NCBI GenBank assembly: GCA_902778145.1 | Contig: CACYWW010000001.1 | Coordinates: 28,700-92,699, forward strand | DNA: 64,000 nt | Origin: an uncultured Ruminococcus sp. | GTDB taxonomy: Bacteria > Bacillota > Clostridia > Oscillospirales > CAG-272 | Direction of reading: 5' to 3' | In this document: piece by piece, positions 29,249 through 40,046 of the stretch | Position numbering within the stretch: position 1 is the stretch's first letter | How the letters are laid out: each line of letters opens with the position of its first letter | Notes under the pieces: generated by a model | The model's database searches: none | What the model saw: only the letters and a program-made list of their open reading frames with translations | Told to the model about the DNA's origin: nothing | Program-made: the position numbers and the translations under genes

Positions 29249-29285
29249 CTGAGTGCCTCCATATGTGAACTTAATGTTCGTGTAT

Positions 29286-29314
29286 ATGATACCAAAAAAA
29301 ACCGTCGCTGTCAA
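29286..29314 (-). promoter_or_regulatory. SigA promoter of lexA-like gene
   Basis: TTGACA-17-TATCAT with extended TG. Confidence 0.75.
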
Positions 29315-29441
29315 CGGGTTTAGTGAAATTAAGGTGTGGAACTTTTTACCCACCTCATAGGATTTGTTCATTTTTTAGTGAGATTTCGTCTAAAAAGGGG
29401 CGTTTTGACTCCGGAAAGTTGAAAAACTTAAGAATGCTGTC

Positions 29442-30416
29442 TCATAACGGTTTTCCAACAGCCTCAAAGAACTTCTGCGCCGTCTCCTTGAATCCGTCTT
29501 TCGCCACTTCAGGAGAAAAAATCTTCATAGAACCGGCTGAAGCAAACACCCATCCGTAAAAGGTCTTGCTCAATTCTACATCCACGGTTGCTTTGAAGTG
29601 ATCAATGTCCACGATCTCGGTTTTCACATCCTCACCGAACTTATCGATGATGCTACCCATCAGCTCATTGTTGCAGAGCAATTCGACGGTACATGTCTCC
29701 CCGGCCATCATAGAGAATTCCTTCTCAAAGAAGTCCGAAATATCGTATCCCTCCGGCATGGGATATCTGTCTGTATCTAAAAGTTCAAGATTGCTCATTC
29801 GATCAATCCGGTACTTCAGCACTGTGCCGTGTCTACCGCAGCCGACAACGTAATACATATCGTTGTTCCAGATCAGATCATACGGAGAGAAGTGATAGAC
29901 CTTGCCGTCCCTACGCAGCGTCTTTTGCTTGTCGGGCGTATAGTCGAAGTATTGAAAGATGACTTCCTTGTTGGTTGTAATGGCGGCTTGGATCTTCTCC
30001 ACGTATTCCGTTATTCTCTCATTATTTGTCTTTGCTCTGCTCCCGATGTACAAATGCCTTTTCAGAATGTCGCCCTTGTAGGATCCGACAAGAGTGGATA
30101 ATTTTTCAACGATCTCTCTGCTTTTTTCTTCTGAAACGAAACGGCTGGACTGAATGGCATCAACGAGCAGCTTCACCTCTGCGAGAGTAAACGGGCGGGT
30201 ACGCATATAGTAACGATTCTGCGTACTGCGTACACAGCAAATATCGTAACCGACTTCCTGAAGCTCGTTTATGCACTCTACGACGGTCTTGCGGTCTGCT
30301 TCGAGATAATGATTTGAAAGAAAGTCATTGATATCCTTGATTGAGGAGGTATGATCCTCATCGGTATTGTCATGGAGATATTTCAAAATCAGCAGGAGGC
30401 GATTGTAGTTCTTCAT
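29442..30416 (-). CDS. HTH-WYL-WCX transcriptional regulator
   Basis: N-terminal wHTH (ADRKTVVECINEL); FSPYDLIWNNDMYYVV..KYRIDRM; WCX-like C-terminus. Confidence 0.9.
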   Translation of the reverse strand: MKNYNRLLLILKYLHDNTDEDHTSSIKDINDFLSNHYLEADRKTVVECINELQEVGYDICCVRSTQNRYYMRTRPFTLAEVKLLVDAIQSSRFVSEEKSREIVEKLSTLVGSYKGDILKRHLYIGSRAKTNNERITEYVEKIQAAITTNKEVIFQYFDYTPDKQKTLRRDGKVYHFSPYDLIWNNDMYYVVGCGRHGTVLKYRIDRMSNLELLDTDRYPMPEGYDISDFFEKEFSMMAGETCTVELLCNNELMGSIIDKFGEDVKTEIVDIDHFKATVDVELSKTFYGWVFASAGSMKIFSPEVAKDGFKETAQKFFEAVGKPL

Positions 30417-30466
30417 ACTTCTAAACCTGTTTATCTTACGAAGTCCTTCCTTATATCTTTCTTTGT

Positions 30467-31141
30467 TTATTCATTCTTGTCTGCTGTAACTTCGGTAATC
30501 TCCGAAGGAGCAATCGTGTCGAGATCAAACCAATGCTTTCTGAAATTGATGACACGGGCAAGATCGTTTCCGAAATATTCCGTTTCGATACCTTCTTTAT
30601 TCAGATATTCGATCTTCTGCTCACGGGTAAGCGTAAATCGTCCGCCCATCGTTACGCGGCCGCCTTTTCCGACTACGCGCCAATACGGAATCTGCTCACC
30701 GGATTCGTTATATACCGGATGACAGACGTCAGAATACCGGAAAGTATCCGTCTTATACGCCTTTTTGAAGTAGTCATCTATATCTTCCTCACGGATGATC
30801 TTTCCGAAAGGGATTCGGTTTATGAGCTTGATTCGTTCCAAGTATGGTATCACAACTGCTTCCTTAGAAGGAATGAATACCATCTTCTGTTTCTGCTCAG
30901 CGTACGTTTCCGTTATACGGGCAATTTCATCAGTGACCCGTTCCCAGTCGTCCGTGCCAAGCGGATACGACGGGCTCTTTCGTCCGGCAACATTTCCGTC
31001 ATAAACCATCTGAACTTTTACCACCTGGACAAACGTTCCGCCCCATTCTTCGTCTCCGACAGAAATACGGTACATAGTGTTATCCGGATGCGGATAGCTT
31101 GCAGGGATATCCTTTATTACTCTCGGGTAATAGGTTTTCAT
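30467..31141 (-). CDS. Alkyltransferase-like (MGMT/ATL) domain fused to an unknown N-terminal domain
   Basis: RIPFGKI..IPYWRVVGKGG..EYLNKEGIE; the active-site Cys of PCHRV is absent. Confidence 0.7.
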   Translation of the reverse strand: MKTYYPRVIKDIPASYPHPDNTMYRISVGDEEWGGTFVQVVKVQMVYDGNVAGRKSPSYPLGTDDWERVTDEIARITETYAEQKQKMVFIPSKEAVVIPYLERIKLINRIPFGKIIREEDIDDYFKKAYKTDTFRYSDVCHPVYNESGEQIPYWRVVGKGGRVTMGGRFTLTREQKIEYLNKEGIETEYFGNDLARVINFRKHWFDLDTIAPSEITEVTADKNE

Positions 31142-31177
31142 CTTCTTGCTTTTACCCTTTCTTTAAACGTTCGAATT

Positions 31178-31206
31178 ATTATACCATATTCCTTTATGAT
31201 TGTCTA
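31178..31206 (-). promoter_or_regulatory. SigA promoter for the ATL-WYL pair
   Basis: TAGACA-17-TATAAT with extended TG. Confidence 0.7.
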
Positions 31207-31288
31207 TAGGATAATTGAAAAAACAACGAAACTGTTCTCCCCACTTTTGGGATTAGGGTAACTGTTTATACAAAGAAAAGTTACAGTG

Positions 31289-32497
31289 TCACACTTCAAA
31301 TCCTATAATTTCTTCAAGTGGCTCTTTTTCAGTGTCAATACCCATAACATCTTTGAGCCAGTCTGCTTTTTTATAACCGGTCCCGGTCAATTCAAAAATG
31401 GCACCTTTATTGCCTACTGGTTTGACCCATCCCCAACTTATAAGCATGTCAAGAGCCTCAACCCATCTAGCGGATTCTCTTTGAGAAAGATCTGCCATAA
31501 ATTGTTTTCCGGATGCAGAAACTTGTGTCGGAGAACTTAAAGTTTGGCTTTTTATGATTTGTCCGCCATCAGCTGCGGCATATACCAGAAGAAATGCCGG
31601 TTCTACCGGAATATTTCCCACATCATCTTTCCCTACAACCGGGTCTCGATTATCATCTATGTGATTCACTGGCTTTTCTTCGGCTTCATCTACCGTCACC
31701 TTCTCGGATACCGTTCTCTCTCCAAGATAACGCTTATATCTTTGTGAAAGCTTCTGGCTTTCCCTTGTAACAACACAGTGATCTGCGCTGGGGACATTTA
31801 GCCTTTTACGAATAATATCATAAATGGCAGCCACGTCGTTCTCATTGTCAAGTCTTCTGACCTTGTTATCTCCGTTGAAGAAACCCCACATATTGTTTTC
31901 ATCAATCTCTGGTAGGCAAATAGCGATGGAATCAACATCGTCCTCCAAATACCAGGCCACTCCTGCTTCGTTCATACAATAGGCCGACTCATAATAGTCT
32001 TTGGAGAGGATAAGTACATTGACGACGCATTCGTATAGCCGTTTCTTTACTTCGACACTAATACGAGTTTTCACGTCGTTTCCGGGCAATGACGAGCAAA
32101 ATATTTTATCATTGGGAATACCCGAAGATACAAGGAAATCTTTCAGCATATCTGCTACATCCTTGTCTGTTGAACGATGCGAAATAAATACCGATTCTCT
32201 CATTACCTGTTCTCCTGTATTCGAATCGATCTTTTCAAGTTCCGCTTGTAATCGGCTACGCAGTAACCTTGCGTCTTTAATAAAGTCAACCGGAGAAGAT
32301 GTATCCACAGTCTTTCCGCCAATCGTTCCAATAGAGAAAAATTGATAATTTGTCAATCCTGACCGTAAACTATCAAGATCTGGTCCAAACACAGATAGTA
32401 TTTCGTTCTGTAATTCTTCTGCAGCAGACACATTTTCAGAAAGAATTGCGCCATCAAGGAGCTTTATATAACGTCTTAGAGTTGTTACAGATGGCAT
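31289..32497 (-). CDS. TIR domain-containing protein
   Basis: VFISHRSTD..ILSKDYYESAYCMNEAGVAW (catalytic Glu position retained). Confidence 0.85.
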   Translation of the reverse strand: MPSVTTLRRYIKLLDGAILSENVSAAEELQNEILSVFGPDLDSLRSGLTNYQFFSIGTIGGKTVDTSSPVDFIKDARLLRSRLQAELEKIDSNTGEQVMRESVFISHRSTDKDVADMLKDFLVSSGIPNDKIFCSSLPGNDVKTRISVEVKKRLYECVVNVLILSKDYYESAYCMNEAGVAWYLEDDVDSIAICLPEIDENNMWGFFNGDNKVRRLDNENDVAAIYDIIRKRLNVPSADHCVVTRESQKLSQRYKRYLGERTVSEKVTVDEAEEKPVNHIDDNRDPVVGKDDVGNIPVEPAFLLVYAAADGGQIIKSQTLSSPTQVSASGKQFMADLSQRESARWVEALDMLISWGWVKPVGNKGAIFELTGTGYKKADWLKDVMGIDTEKEPLEEIIGFEV

Positions 32498-32583
32498 CTC
32501 CTTTCCCCTTTCACATTATTATTCATTGTAACGTATTACGGTATACTTTTAAACCCAACTATAACTCAAATGGCCATATCCGT

Positions 32584-33822
32584 TTAGTCTCTCTTAAATA
32601 AGTCTCTTGTGTAAACTTTTTCTTTTACGTTGTCAAGACAATCGTCATAGCGATTGGCAACTATGCACTGACTGAGTGTCTTAAACTTTTCAAGGTCATT
32701 TATCACCCTGCTTCCGAAGAATGTGCTCCCGTCTTCAAGTGTTGGCTCGTAGATGATGACGGTGGCTCCCTTAGCCTTTATACGCTTCATAACACCCTGG
32801 ATAGAAGATTGGCGGAAGTTATCACTATTGCTCTTCATCGTTAGGCGGTAAACGCCGATGATGATTTCTCGCTCTTTATCAGGATTATATGCTTCTGAAT
32901 TCTTATAAGCACCGGCGATTTCAAGCACACGGTCAGCAATAAAGTCCTTACGGGTACGGTTACTTTCGACGATTGCTGTCATCATATTCTGCGGGACATC
33001 GTTGTAGTTGGCAAGAAGCTGTTTTGTGTCTTTGGGTAAGCAGTAACCCCCGTAACCGAAGCTCGGATTATTGTAATGCCTACCTATACGTGGATCGAGA
33101 CCAACGCCTTCGATGATTGCTTTCGTGTCGAGTCCTTTGATCTCGGCGTAGGTGTCGAGTTCATTGAAGTAACTCACGCGGAGCGCGAGGTATGTATTTG
33201 CAAAAAGTTTGACAGCTTCAGCTTCGGTGAATCCCATGAAGAGCGTGTCAACATTTTCCTTTAGCGCGCCTTCCTGTAAAAGCCTTGCAAAAGTGTGCGC
33301 AACCGCTTTCGTTCCTTCGTCACAGCCAACTATGATTCTGCTCGGATAGAGGTTGTCGTATAGAGCCTTTGACTCACGTAAAAACTCCGGGCTGAAGATA
33401 ATCTTATCGCAGTTGTACTTCTCGCGCACAGACTTTGTGTAGCCGACAGGGATTGTTGACTTAATAACCATCGCTGCGTTTGGATTGACCTTCATGACAA
33501 GTTCAATCACCGCTTCGACCGCAGAACAATCAAAAAAGTTTTTCTGTGGATCGTAGTTTGTCGGAGCGGCAATGATGACAAATTCTGCGTCACTGTACGC
33601 AGCTTCGCCATCAAGCGTTGCGGTGAGATTCAACTTGCGAGTCCCAGCCTTGGCTTCAGCAAGATATTTTTCGATGTATTCGTCCTGAATGGGCGAGATG
33701 TAGTTGTTCAGCTTTTCAACCTTTTCAGGGATAATATCAACCGCCACAACATGATTGTGCTGAGCGAGAAGCACTGCCAGCGAAAGACCAACATAACCTG
33801 TTCCAGCTACTGCAATGTTCAT
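32584..33822 (-). CDS. ugd: UDP-glucose 6-dehydrogenase
   Basis: GTGYVG; FSPEFLRE; [10 protein letters not shown]. Confidence 0.95.
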   Translation of the reverse strand: MNIAVAGTGYVGLSLAVLLAQHNHVVAVDIIPEKVEKLNNYISPIQDEYIEKYLAEAKAGTRKLNLTATLDGEAAYSDAEFVIIAAPTNYDPQKNFFDCSAVEAVIELVMKVNPNAAMVIKSTIPVGYTKSVREKYNCDKIIFSPEFLRESKALYDNLYPSRIIVGCDEGTKAVAHTFARLLQEGALKENVDTLFMGFTEAEAVKLFANTYLALRVSYFNELDTYAEIKGLDTKAIIEGVGLDPRIGRHYNNPSFGYGGYCLPKDTKQLLANYNDVPQNMMTAIVESNRTRKDFIADRVLEIAGAYKNSEAYNPDKEREIIIGVYRLTMKSNSDNFRQSSIQGVMKRIKAKGATVIIYEPTLEDGSTFFGSRVINDLEKFKTLSQCIVANRYDDCLDNVKEKVYTRDLFKRD

Positions 33823-33832
33823 GTACTATACC

Positions 33833-34930
33833 TCATACTTTGTAATATTCTTTGTACCATTCTGCAAACTTCCGCAAACCTTCTCTAATCCCGATTTTGG
33901 GAGTAAAACCGAAATCACACTCTAATGCAGAGGTGTCGGCATAGGTGGTAGGCACATCGCCGGGCTGCATAGGTACAAGTTTTTTGTGAGCATCAAAATC
34001 GAAATCAGCAGGCAAAACCTTCGCTCTCACAAGTTCTTCCTGTAAAGTATTCACGAAATCAAGTAAATTTTCCGGCTGGCCGCCTCCTATGTTATAGACT
34101 GCGTAAGGAGGTAACGGAAGACCATCCTCTCCATTCTCTCGCTTTGGCGCGCCCTGCATTACACGGATCACACCTTCAACAATGTCGTCAACATAGGTGA
34201 AATCGCGTTTGCAGTTTCCATAATTGAAGATCTGAATCGTCTCACCGCGGAGAAGCTTCTGCGTCGCAGAAAAGTAGAACATATCTGGGCGACCGGCAGG
34301 ACCGTAAACGGTAAAGAAACGCAAACCGGTCGATGGGATGTTATAAAGCTTGCTGTATGCGTGAGCAAGCAATTCGTTTGATTTCTTTGTCGCAGCATAC
34401 AGTGAGACAGGGTTGTCCACATGATCCTCTGTGCTAAATGGGACTTTCTTATTGCCGCCGTAAACAGAAGACGAGGACGCATAGACAAGATGCTCGACGC
34501 CCTTTGCACCATTATCATAAGAGTGGCGGCAAGCTTCGAGGATATTGTAGAATCCAATGATGTTCGATTCTATATACACATCTGGATGATCTATTGAGTA
34601 CCGAACACCTGCCTGCGCAGCAAGATTGACTACAATATCAAATTTGTAATTAGCAAACAAATCGTCGATTAGAGATTTGTCAGCAATAGTACCTTTATAA
34701 AACACAAACTCGCGTCCACTGTTCTTAGCACATTCATTGAGTTGCGCGAGACGATAGTCTTTCAGTGATGTATCGTAGTAGTCGTTAATATTATCCACGC
34801 CGACAATATGTGCTTTTGTATCGTCATTTAGCAGGCGATCAACCAGTTTTGCACCGATGAATCCTGCGGCACCGGTGATAAGGATTGTTTTGTTATTAAG
34901 TGAACACTTTTCTTTAGAAAACATTGTCAA
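33833..34930 (-). CDS. UDP-glucuronate 4-epimerase (CapI-like)
   Basis: TGAAGFIG; LAAQAGVRYS; YAATK; RFFTVYGPAGRPDM. Confidence 0.9.
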   Translation of the reverse strand: MTMFSKEKCSLNNKTILITGAAGFIGAKLVDRLLNDDTKAHIVGVDNINDYYDTSLKDYRLAQLNECAKNSGREFVFYKGTIADKSLIDDLFANYKFDIVVNLAAQAGVRYSIDHPDVYIESNIIGFYNILEACRHSYDNGAKGVEHLVYASSSSVYGGNKKVPFSTEDHVDNPVSLYAATKKSNELLAHAYSKLYNIPSTGLRFFTVYGPAGRPDMFYFSATQKLLRGETIQIFNYGNCKRDFTYVDDIVEGVIRVMQGAPKRENGEDGLPLPPYAVYNIGGGQPENLLDFVNTLQEELVRAKVLPADFDFDAHKKLVPMQPGDVPTTYADTSALECDFGFTPKIGIREGLRKFAEWYKEYYKV

Positions 34931-34942
34931 CCTCGAATACCA

Positions 34943-36064
34943 TTATTTGTTCGTAACCCAAGGTTCATATTTGCCGAACTCAAGGATATCCGCAATTCTC
35001 TTACACGCGTTTCCATCTCCATACGGATTGCAAGCATGTGACATTTTCTCATACGCTTCCTTGTCTTCAAGCAGTTCCTTGAAATTTCTATATATGACTT
35101 CCTCATCTGTCCCGACAAGACGCAAAGTCCCCGCTGCAACGCCCTCTGGTCTTTCTGTGGTGTCGCGCATGACAAGCACTGGTTTTCCATAGGATGGGCA
35201 CTCCTCCTGAATACCGCCGCTGTCGGTCAAGCAAAGATAGCATCTCGCCTCAAAGTTGTGACAATCGAATACTTCAATCGGCTCAATGATATGGATTTGC
35301 TTACAGTCGCCGAGTTCCTCGTCGGCTGTCTGCCGCACAACCGGGTTCATGTGAATCGGGTAGACCGCCTTACACTCAGGATGCTCATCAAGTACTCTAC
35401 GGATTGCGCGGAACATGTTGTGCATCGGCTGACCGAGGTTTTCACGGCGGTGCGCAGTGATAAAAATCAGTTTGCCATCACCAACCCAGTCAAGCTCTGG
35501 ATGCATGTAGTCCGTTCGTACAGTGTGCTGCATCGCATCTATGACGGTATTACCCGTGATGTAAATTGTAGACGAATCTTTGCCTTCGCGCAAAAGATTG
35601 TCCGCAGCAAGCTGCGTTGGGGCAAAGTTATATTTGCTAATAATGCCAACTGCTTGCCGATTGAACTCTTCGGGGTACGGACTACAAATGTTGTATGTGC
35701 GAAGTCCTGCCTCAACATGGCCCACAGGAATCTGAAGGTAAAAGCATGCGAGCGCCGTTACAAATGTTGTCGAGGTGTCGCCATGCACAAGCACAATGTC
35801 TGGATGTGCTTCCTCAATTACAGATTTAATGCGGTTTAGGATGTTCGTCGTAATGTCGAAAAGTGTCTGCTTGTCTTTCATGATGTTAAGATCATAGTCT
35901 GGGACTACATTAAATATTGATAGCACTTGATCCAACATCTGGCGATGCTGTGCAGTTACACATACGATAGTTTGTAACCCTTTTCTAGCCTTTAGTTCGT
36001 TAACCAAAGGGCACATTTTTATTGCTTCTGGTCGTGTGCCAAAAACAAGCATGATTTTTTTCAT
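34943..36064 (-). CDS. wecB: UDP-GlcNAc 2-epimerase (non-hydrolysing)
   Basis: FGTRPEAIKM; HGDT; HVEAGLR; TDSGGIQEE. Confidence 0.95.
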   Translation of the reverse strand: MKKIMLVFGTRPEAIKMCPLVNELKARKGLQTIVCVTAQHRQMLDQVLSIFNVVPDYDLNIMKDKQTLFDITTNILNRIKSVIEEAHPDIVLVHGDTSTTFVTALACFYLQIPVGHVEAGLRTYNICSPYPEEFNRQAVGIISKYNFAPTQLAADNLLREGKDSSTIYITGNTVIDAMQHTVRTDYMHPELDWVGDGKLIFITAHRRENLGQPMHNMFRAIRRVLDEHPECKAVYPIHMNPVVRQTADEELGDCKQIHIIEPIEVFDCHNFEARCYLCLTDSGGIQEECPSYGKPVLVMRDTTERPEGVAAGTLRLVGTDEEVIYRNFKELLEDKEAYEKMSHACNPYGDGNACKRIADILEFGKYEPWVTNK

Positions 36065-36133
36065 ATAAGCATCCTTTCAATCATCAAACAGAATTCTTAT
36101 GATAAGCAAACGTGGGATTTTGTGAATGGTGTT

Positions 36134-37345
36134 TTATTGATTAACTACCGTGTTTTTTCTTTTCTCGACGTAAACAAATGCAATAATAGTTCCTAATACA
36201 TACATTAACGCAGATGTATATATAATGATCTGCGTCCAGCAAACAAATAATAAAACTAGTAACATAAAAAAGACAAAAACAATTCTCGATTTATCTAACG
36301 TCTTTTTGGGAGTCTTTTTCCCCAACAATACTACATTTTTGAGGCTACTAAAAACTGGGGCAGCGAAAAGAAACGTTCCAGCCAGTCCTGTACATGCAAG
36401 CAGCTCTGTGTACGAACAATGTGAATAAGTGTTAAATGAACTATAATATCTAAAATTGTTAATACCGACTCCGAATATGGGGTTCTTACTGAAAACTGAC
36501 AACCCTTCGATTATAAGATCGTATCGCTTCTGTGTGCTTTTATCCTCAAGAATACTATCCATACGTGCTTGAGCGTACAGCAATCGATCACCATATTGTG
36601 TAGTGATATAATAAAATGCAATGAAAGCAATTAGAATCAAAGAAAGAGTAATCAGAAATGCATACAGAGGATTCGACTTATCAAAAACTCTTCGATAACA
36701 GAACAAGATGAAGACAATAATCAGTATTGCACTTGCAATCAAACACTTTTTTGACGCCGTAGATAATGCAGAAAAGAGTAGCAAAACAATAATTGCTCCG
36801 GAAAAGACCACCTTTTTTGTGCCTATTTTGTTTGACAAGAGAAGAAAGAGCACATACCCTATTGAAAACGCAAGAATTGTTCCAACAATATTAACATTAA
36901 CATCTTCACTAAAACTTATTCTATTTAAGCCGACGCCAAACATAAGCATCCAAATGGATATTATTACACCTAGTATCACAAATAACGAAGCAGAAAAATT
37001 AATAGATTCGTCAACAACCGAATACAATATAATCAAAAAAATTGCAACTACATATTCGATAATGAGTTGGGAATATGTAAAAGCTATTTTCGTATCGACT
37101 GCAAAAGCAGACATCGCTAAGGTAAGCAGTCCAAAAACAAATAATGTCATAACCTCCTTATAAATGGTAATTCTTTTTTTATAAATAAGAAATGACACTA
37201 ATGCCAAAACGATGAGGATCTGAGACATATGAGGTATAGACACAACAACATTTTTTAGAAACTGCGAATAAAGAAAATATATTGAAAAAAGTCCCTTACT
37301 AATATAATATAATGATTTCCCGTTTCTCATAAACATCCTTCTCAA
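36134..37345 (-). CDS. wzy: Wzy polymerase / O-antigen ligase family
   Basis: Polytopic membrane protein with NPIFGVG..SHCSYTELL; very AT-rich. Confidence 0.8.
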   Translation of the reverse strand: MRRMFMRNGKSLYYISKGLFSIYFLYSQFLKNVVVSIPHMSQILIVLALVSFLIYKKRITIYKEVMTLFVFGLLTLAMSAFAVDTKIAFTYSQLIIEYVVAIFLIILYSVVDESINFSASLFVILGVIISIWMLMFGVGLNRISFSEDVNVNIVGTILAFSIGYVLFLLLSNKIGTKKVVFSGAIIVLLLFSALSTASKKCLIASAILIIVFILFCYRRVFDKSNPLYAFLITLSLILIAFIAFYYITTQYGDRLLYAQARMDSILEDKSTQKRYDLIIEGLSVFSKNPIFGVGINNFRYYSSFNTYSHCSYTELLACTGLAGTFLFAAPVFSSLKNVVLLGKKTPKKTLDKSRIVFVFFMLLVLLFVCWTQIIIYTSALMYVLGTIIAFVYVEKRKNTVVNQ

Positions 37346-38448
37346 TTGCTAGCGCCAATAAACTCAGCAATCTTTCTTGCTCTATTATCCAGCGAATACT
37401 GTTCTCTACATGAGCGAATATATGTCTCCATTTCCTTGCGTTTATGCTCGTCGTTTACAAGTATCATTATGGCGTTTCGAATTCCTTCGATATCATCGTA
37501 GTCAACTCGAATCGAATTCCTTTCATTAAGGATGCAATCGTTGAACTCTCCATTAGAGGAAATAACTGGAATACCACAGCCTAAAGCTTCCACAATTGCA
37601 TTACAACACCCCTCTGCTTCGGTTGGAAGAACAAAAAAGTCTGCAGCACAAAGATACTTATTTAAAACATAATGATCGACTCTACCAATAAAAAGAATAT
37701 TATCATCTTCGGGTTTTTGTTCTCCTTCGCCAATATATATCATTTTTAAGTCTTTAATTCCATGTGCTGCTTCTTTAACCCTCATCGGTCCTTTTCGTTC
37801 TATGAAATGCCCTACAAAAACACCAATTACCTTATCAATCGGAAAACCAAGTTCTTTACGGCATTCGTTACGGTCAAGCAGTTTAAAGGAATCTATATCC
37901 AAAGCATTCGGTGCCTCCAAAACACAATCGTTCCATCTGTTTTCTCGGACTATCCTTGTGTTCTGAGATGATACGGTGATTATGCCATTCAATGCACGAA
38001 TATCACGATTCGTTTTCTCTGGATTTCTGTCCTTCATAAACCAAAGAGTACTCTCCCCAAAAGCGCAAAAAGAACGCACTCCGTGCTTTTTAGCAATTTT
38101 TGCTGCAACTATCCCTGCACACATAAAATGGGAATACAAGACGGTATTAGTATAGTCATGGATGTTTTTTTCCACAGCTTTTCTGAAGCAAATATCCTGT
38201 ATTCTATTCTGTAAAATGCGTAAGAAAGGGAAAATTTTTAAAAAAGCAAACCTGAAATATAGAGGAAATACTTCATCTTCTGATTTACACTTTCTGTTTT
38301 TAATCCAATCAGAGAATGTTAAAGGATTGATGACTTTAACATACAAGCCCTGTTTTCTCCAATTAGTCACCAATTCTTTTACGAACTGATATTTGGAGGG
38401 GTTCCCAACAATTGGATATCCGTATGTAATAACAATTATTTTTTTCAT
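37342..38448 (-). CDS. Glycosyltransferase family 4
   Basis: FVLPTEAEGCCNAIVEALGCGIPVI. Confidence 0.9.
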   Translation of the reverse strand: MKKIIVITYGYPIVGNPSKYQFVKELVTNWRKQGLYVKVINPLTFSDWIKNRKCKSEDEVFPLYFRFAFLKIFPFLRILQNRIQDICFRKAVEKNIHDYTNTVLYSHFMCAGIVAAKIAKKHGVRSFCAFGESTLWFMKDRNPEKTNRDIRALNGIITVSSQNTRIVRENRWNDCVLEAPNALDIDSFKLLDRNECRKELGFPIDKVIGVFVGHFIERKGPMRVKEAAHGIKDLKMIYIGEGEQKPEDDNILFIGRVDHYVLNKYLCAADFFVLPTEAEGCCNAIVEALGCGIPVISSNGEFNDCILNERNSIRVDYDDIEGIRNAIMILVNDEHKRKEMETYIRSCREQYSLDNRARKIAEFIGASN

Positions 38449-38484
38449 ACTGTAATCACCATTTAATCGGTCGTTAAAATGCTA

Positions 38485-40014
38485 TTATCCCTGCTTAATC
38501 TTTGCTCGTTTCAACAGGACATGTATCATTTTAATGGTATCCGCCCTTGCAAATACTAAATTGGATCCAAAAGTCACCACTGCACAAATAGCCAATGTGA
38601 CGCAACAATAACAACACCACATTCCGAAGTTGGGTGTTGAAATCCTAATTAGAATTCCTGATGTTACAAGTCCTGCATATGTAAGAAGTGAAATCGCATA
38701 CCTTTTAATTTGTAAAGCGATATTGATATATAGTACTTCTTTATTAAGAAATCTGACAAATGAAATCGTTCTGTAAACCATAGCAGCGAGTGTACCTATT
38801 GCCACACCAAGAAGACCAAGCCATCCAACAAATATTACCGAAACAACAATGTTAATACCGGCTTCGACTGCCGCTGAAATTTTGGTTTCTTTGAATTTTC
38901 CTGCTGCGTATATTACATTATTATAGGGAAGCCTAATACAATAAATATACTCAGCCGCAACAATAACGATACCAAATGAATACTGAATATAATTGGCATC
39001 AGTTATATTCTTAACGTAAACATCTATAAAATTGAAAATCGTAATGCTTGCCGTTGCAAATATTACCGTACAAAAAATGTGCATAAACGTATTGTACAAC
39101 TGAAAAGCAGACTGTAGATTCTTTTTTTCTCCAAGGGCAATAATATTTCCAAGCGCAGATGTTACTGCCCTTCCTATCGCTGTAACAAACGAAGAGAGAC
39201 CTACCAGCACCATACTGTAAACCGAATACACGGAAACCAAGCCCAAGGTAATCTTTTCAGTGAATCTTGAAAAGAGTGTTAAAACAAACACATCTGTCTT
39301 CGTATGAATAAAGTAGGCAATTGCTTGTGTAAACCCATCCCAACGCTGTTTAATCAGCGAGTTATCGATCTCATAATGCTTGCTGAGATTGTATTTCCTT
39401 TTAGAATACAGACTCAATAATAAAGGACGAAGAACAAAGAGCACCGCACTCCCCAATTTAACGATTTGAATAGAGCACCCAGCATGGATGAGAAAAACAG
39501 AAACAATTGTATTAATAATTACTGTGACAATTTGAACAATTGAATATACATAAGACCGCTGATCGGCCTCTAGTAGCATCTGGTGTGTAATGCCAAAGAA
39601 ATATTGGGCTGCAGTGCTAACACCGATGATTAATACAAGTGATGCCGTATAGAAAAAATCGCCAAACTGAGTTGCAATAATTGTCGGAAAAAACACCGCA
39701 AGAACGACTATATATACAACCGAAATAACGGCAATTCTGCGAAAAAAACTTTCAACTGTTTTGACTATTATACACAGTTTGTCATGATCCTTATCTGCTA
39801 AGGGCTTGTATAGCGCTGCTTTTGCTACAGTACCAACACCAGACTGAAGAAGCGTTATATATCCAATAAAGCTTGTTATCGATGAAATCAGACCATTTAC
39901 TTCTGACCCATAAATACGGATTATCAGTCTAGGTAAAATAAGGCCAGATATCATCGTTATAATCTCGAGCAATATGGAAAATGCAGAATTAATCAACGCT
40001 TTCTTTTTTCTCAT
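38485..40014 (-). CDS. wzx: Wzx flippase
   Basis: Multi-TM MOP-like protein within the polysaccharide locus. Confidence 0.85.
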   Translation of the reverse strand: MRKKKALINSAFSILLEIITMISGLILPRLIIRIYGSEVNGLISSITSFIGYITLLQSGVGTVAKAALYKPLADKDHDKLCIIVKTVESFFRRIAVISVVYIVVLAVFFPTIIATQFGDFFYTASLVLIIGVSTAAQYFFGITHQMLLEADQRSYVYSIVQIVTVIINTIVSVFLIHAGCSIQIVKLGSAVLFVLRPLLLSLYSKRKYNLSKHYEIDNSLIKQRWDGFTQAIAYFIHTKTDVFVLTLFSRFTEKITLGLVSVYSVYSMVLVGLSSFVTAIGRAVTSALGNIIALGEKKNLQSAFQLYNTFMHIFCTVIFATASITIFNFIDVYVKNITDANYIQYSFGIVIVAAEYIYCIRLPYNNVIYAAGKFKETKISAAVEAGINIVVSVIFVGWLGLLGVAIGTLAAMVYRTISFVRFLNKEVLYINIALQIKRYAISLLTYAGLVTSGILIRISTPNFGMWCCYCCVTLAICAVVTFGSNLVFARADTIKMIHVLLKRAKIKQG

Positions 40015-40046
40015 TTATTCTAATAATCCCCTCTTTATGAACAAAT

